Shown here piece by piece: positions 53,401 to 56,187 of a stretch of 56,187 nt of DNA. Numbering within the stretch: the stretch's first letter is position 1; each line of letters opens with the position of its first letter. The stretch is from Octopus bimaculoides (lineage: Eukaryota): the NCBI RefSeq assembly GCF_001194135.2, contig NC_068981.1, positions 65,073,947-65,130,133 on the forward strand, in the 5' to 3' direction. Both the position numbers and the translations under genes were made by a program. The notes below the pieces were generated by a model. It worked only from the letters and a program-made list of their open reading frames with translations. It was not told the DNA's origin and did no database searches.

Positions 53401-53707
53401 CATCTTGCTGCCTTTCAAATGCATATAATAAAATAGCAAAAAATGACAATCATTTTGTAGATGTTTGAAAGATTTTGAGGAATGAATTAAAATAGCATGT
53501 GTGTTTAATAAATGGACAAAATTATTGTAGAAAAAATAAATTCTATAAACATTTTTTATCCATTTTTATTATTTTGTTCTAAATTTTGCAAAGTAAAAAT
53601 GATTTTTGATAGGTCTTGACTAAATATTAGAATAGGGGTTCAAACCACTTTTGCGAATTGCATTTTATCCTCAATACCATGACTCTCTTTTTTGCTCGAA
53701 CCTGTAG

Positions 53708-53798
53708 ATTGTCTTTAGCAACTATGAGCTTAGCTATAGAAAGCCAACATGTCTACACAAAACAGGGCGTGGCTATCTCCATGACAGGTATTGCACAA
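53708..53798 (+). CDS. flot1: flotillin-1 third coding exon ([31 protein letters not shown], 91 nt)
   Basis: Acceptor ctcttttttgctcgaacctgtAG at 53706-53707, donor CAA|GTAAGT at 53799; VYT..GV.IS.TGIAQ motif; phase 2 matches exon 2. Confidence 0.93.
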
Positions 53799-54363
53799 GT
53801 AAGTGGTTTTGTCCCTTGTTGTAATGGGTACATTTCTAAATCCTACCAAAAATGCAAGTAGTTGGCAGCTTCTTAGTTTTCAATCCTAGTGGTTACCTGA
53901 ATAGCTTTGTGTTCTTTTGTTATAAATGTTTTCCTATTTTTATATTTTGATTTCTCCACCCACTAACCTTTCCCTTTTGCAGATAGAATGTTGTCGCTTT
54001 ATATATATATTTATTTATTTTTAATGTGTTGTTGTACTTTACATTGATTATATTTTGTTATTGCAAATTATAATTCTTATGCAGCATGGATATTAGTAGT
54101 TACAGCTCATTTAAAGAAGTATCATTTTTTTTTATTTATTTATTTCCCCAATGATATTTCCTTTGGTGTGGGCATTACTGTTAAACTTAAAATAGATAGC
54201 AAACATTTCGTTTTGTCATGGTTGAAGTGTAAATCTTGATCAGCTAAGAATTCAAACTTTAGGTTTCATTTGATAGAACCAAGCACAGGATATATTTACT
54301 GGTCACAAAACACCATTGTAGTAGGACCTAGGAAAGCATTATCACTTTCTCCCTTTCTCCATG

Positions 54364-54402
<39 letters not shown>

Positions 54403-55282
54403 AATCAGCCTTGTTAAAATAGTATGTATGAACACACAGAGCAATGCCCTAAACTTGTGGATAGTTATTTAAAATAGTTTCTTAGTGATGACTATTGGTG
54501 CTTTTTCTTAATTCAAGGTGATTCATGTCTATTCAATTCCTTTGTAATTACTCAAACCGTTAGCTATTATGCTACACCAGCCACATTTCCTTATTTTTAT
54601 TTTTAATACTTAACGTAAAAGTTTCCCTCCCCACTATATATATATATTTTTTAAATAAGGAATAATGTATGAGGATTATCATATTAATGGCAGTTTATTT
54701 ATTGGTCCTGAAGATATTTTATTACCATTTACCACCACTATTGCTACTACCACCCTAGCATAAATTGAACTCAGAATGGTGAGGTATTGAGAAACATCTA
54801 TTCCAATTGATTACTGTTTATACCAAATTTTCTATACTATCTGTAAGATTGTGATAATATGAATTCATTTTATTGTATTTTTCTGGAATATGCATTTGTG
54901 TAAGAATAGGTAAAGACAGGGCATAATACATGAAAAAAATGAAGCAACTGCCAAATGGGACTCTTAACTCATATTTTCCAGCTCAGTGCTTAACAAGAAG
55001 TGCATGCTTGAGTCCCATTTAAGGTTGTTTCATTTTTTTTTTTAAATATGTAATTGTTCACTAAGTACTTGCATAAACACATGATTTAAATATATAAATA
55101 ATATATACAAAGTAATTTTTAAAAAAATTCAAATGTAAATTATTTCAACAAAAAAAAAGTTTTTTTATTTTTATATTGAATCAGTTAACTACTCAAGAAA
55201 TAACAATTTTGATTTACCTTCTGTGAAATTCTAAAAGAAAATTATCAAGATTTTCTTTTAATGCATGCAATAAATAATTCAC

Positions 55283-55503
55283 GATGTGGCCGTCACCAGT
55301 ACCCGCCTGACTGGCCTTAGTGCCGGTGGCACGTAAAAGCACCCACTACACTCTTTGAGTGGTTGGCATTAGGAAGGGCATCCAGCTGTAGAAACTCTGC
55401 CAAATTAGATTGGAGCCTGGTGTCGCCTCCTGGTCCACCAGTCCTCAGTCAAATCGTCCAACCCATGCTAGCATGGAAAGCGGACATTAAACGACGACGA
55501 CGA
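55283..55503 (+). mobile_element. well-preserved RTE 3' UTR-derived element with (ACG)n tail
   Basis: Close match to 43083-43306 along its length. An older copy follows at about 55984-56160. Confidence 0.8.
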
Positions 55504-55814
55504 AATCAAAATTGCAAAACTTGGATGATCTGTAAGGATTCTGAACATTGAAACTTTATTGCATGCAAGTAATAATAATATCTGGCAAATATAACTTTTT
55601 ACATTATATTCTCTAGCTAAAAATAATTTCTACATATATATAGTGGAAATTAAGTTAAATACCAGTATGAATATTTAGTTTTTACGTACGTTTCACTATT
55701 GCAGTTAATCGGATCTCTGCATTGGACATCAGGTGCATTTGGATGTCTAATTGCAGTGCATCAGCCAAAATAACTGCAATGGTGAAATATATGTAGAAAC
55801 TAAATGTTTATTCA

Positions 55815-55885
55815 TTTTACTCTTGTTTCAGTCATTTGACTGCGCCCATGCTGGAGCACTGCCTTTAGTCGAGCAAATTGACCCC
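55815..55885 (-). mobile_element. SINE family A 3' terminus, antisense
   Basis: TTTTACTCTTGTTTCAGTCATTTGACTGCGCCCATGCTGGAGCACTGCC is the reverse complement of the family A tail. Confidence 0.8.
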
Positions 55886-56187
55886 AATTTCCAATGTATG
55901 TTCTGTATATCATAAGTAGTAAGTAGAGTGGTTGACTAACCACAATGCTAGAAGCTAACTGGACAATAATCTACATAAAGCACTGATGTTGGTGGCGCAT
56001 TAAAAGCACCCAGCACATACTGTAAAGTGGCTGGCATTAGGAAGAACATTCAACTGTAGAAACCAAGCCTAATTGGATGGGGACCTGGTACAGCTTTCCA
56101 GCTGCCAGCTCTGGTGAAACTGTCCAACTCATGCGAGCATGGAAAACAAATGTTAAAAGATTTTATATATATATATATACATATATA

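Noticed and set aside
36847-53707. A second, mutually exclusive full copy of exon 3 in intron 2
   Set aside because: No further VYT...TGIAQ-like segment seen; the two gaps in this intron cannot be inspected.

Overview
AT-rich, microsatellite- and SINE-dense eukaryotic genomic DNA with four N gaps. The repeat families, (TA/CA/CT)n density and very long introns point to a coleoid cephalopod, most likely Octopus (inference). The one recognisable gene is the 5' part of flotillin-1 (+ strand): three short coding exons (1067-1112, 36771-36846, 53708-53798; 46+76+91 nt, phases 1/2/0) encoding [71 protein letters not shown]. Introns are 35.7 kb and 16.9 kb, and the gene continues past the window. The introns hold several tRNA-derived SINE families (labels A, B, E, F, M and the unclassified D are my informal names), 3' fragments of at least three RTE-clade LINE lineages, two mariner-derived elements, a foldback MITE with a 9-bp TSD and an LTR-like insert. 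Best leads, all unverified hypotheses: (1) a candidate 15-nt in-frame micro-exon at 36225-36239 that could create an MGCFHS dual-acylation N-terminus; (2) a CpG-retaining domain in mid-intron 1 (about 18.4-24.7 kb) suggesting an internal promoter; (3) an in-frame LNTMTL relic of the canonical flotillin motif in the intron just before exon 3. I see no strong evidence for a wholly new gene system.
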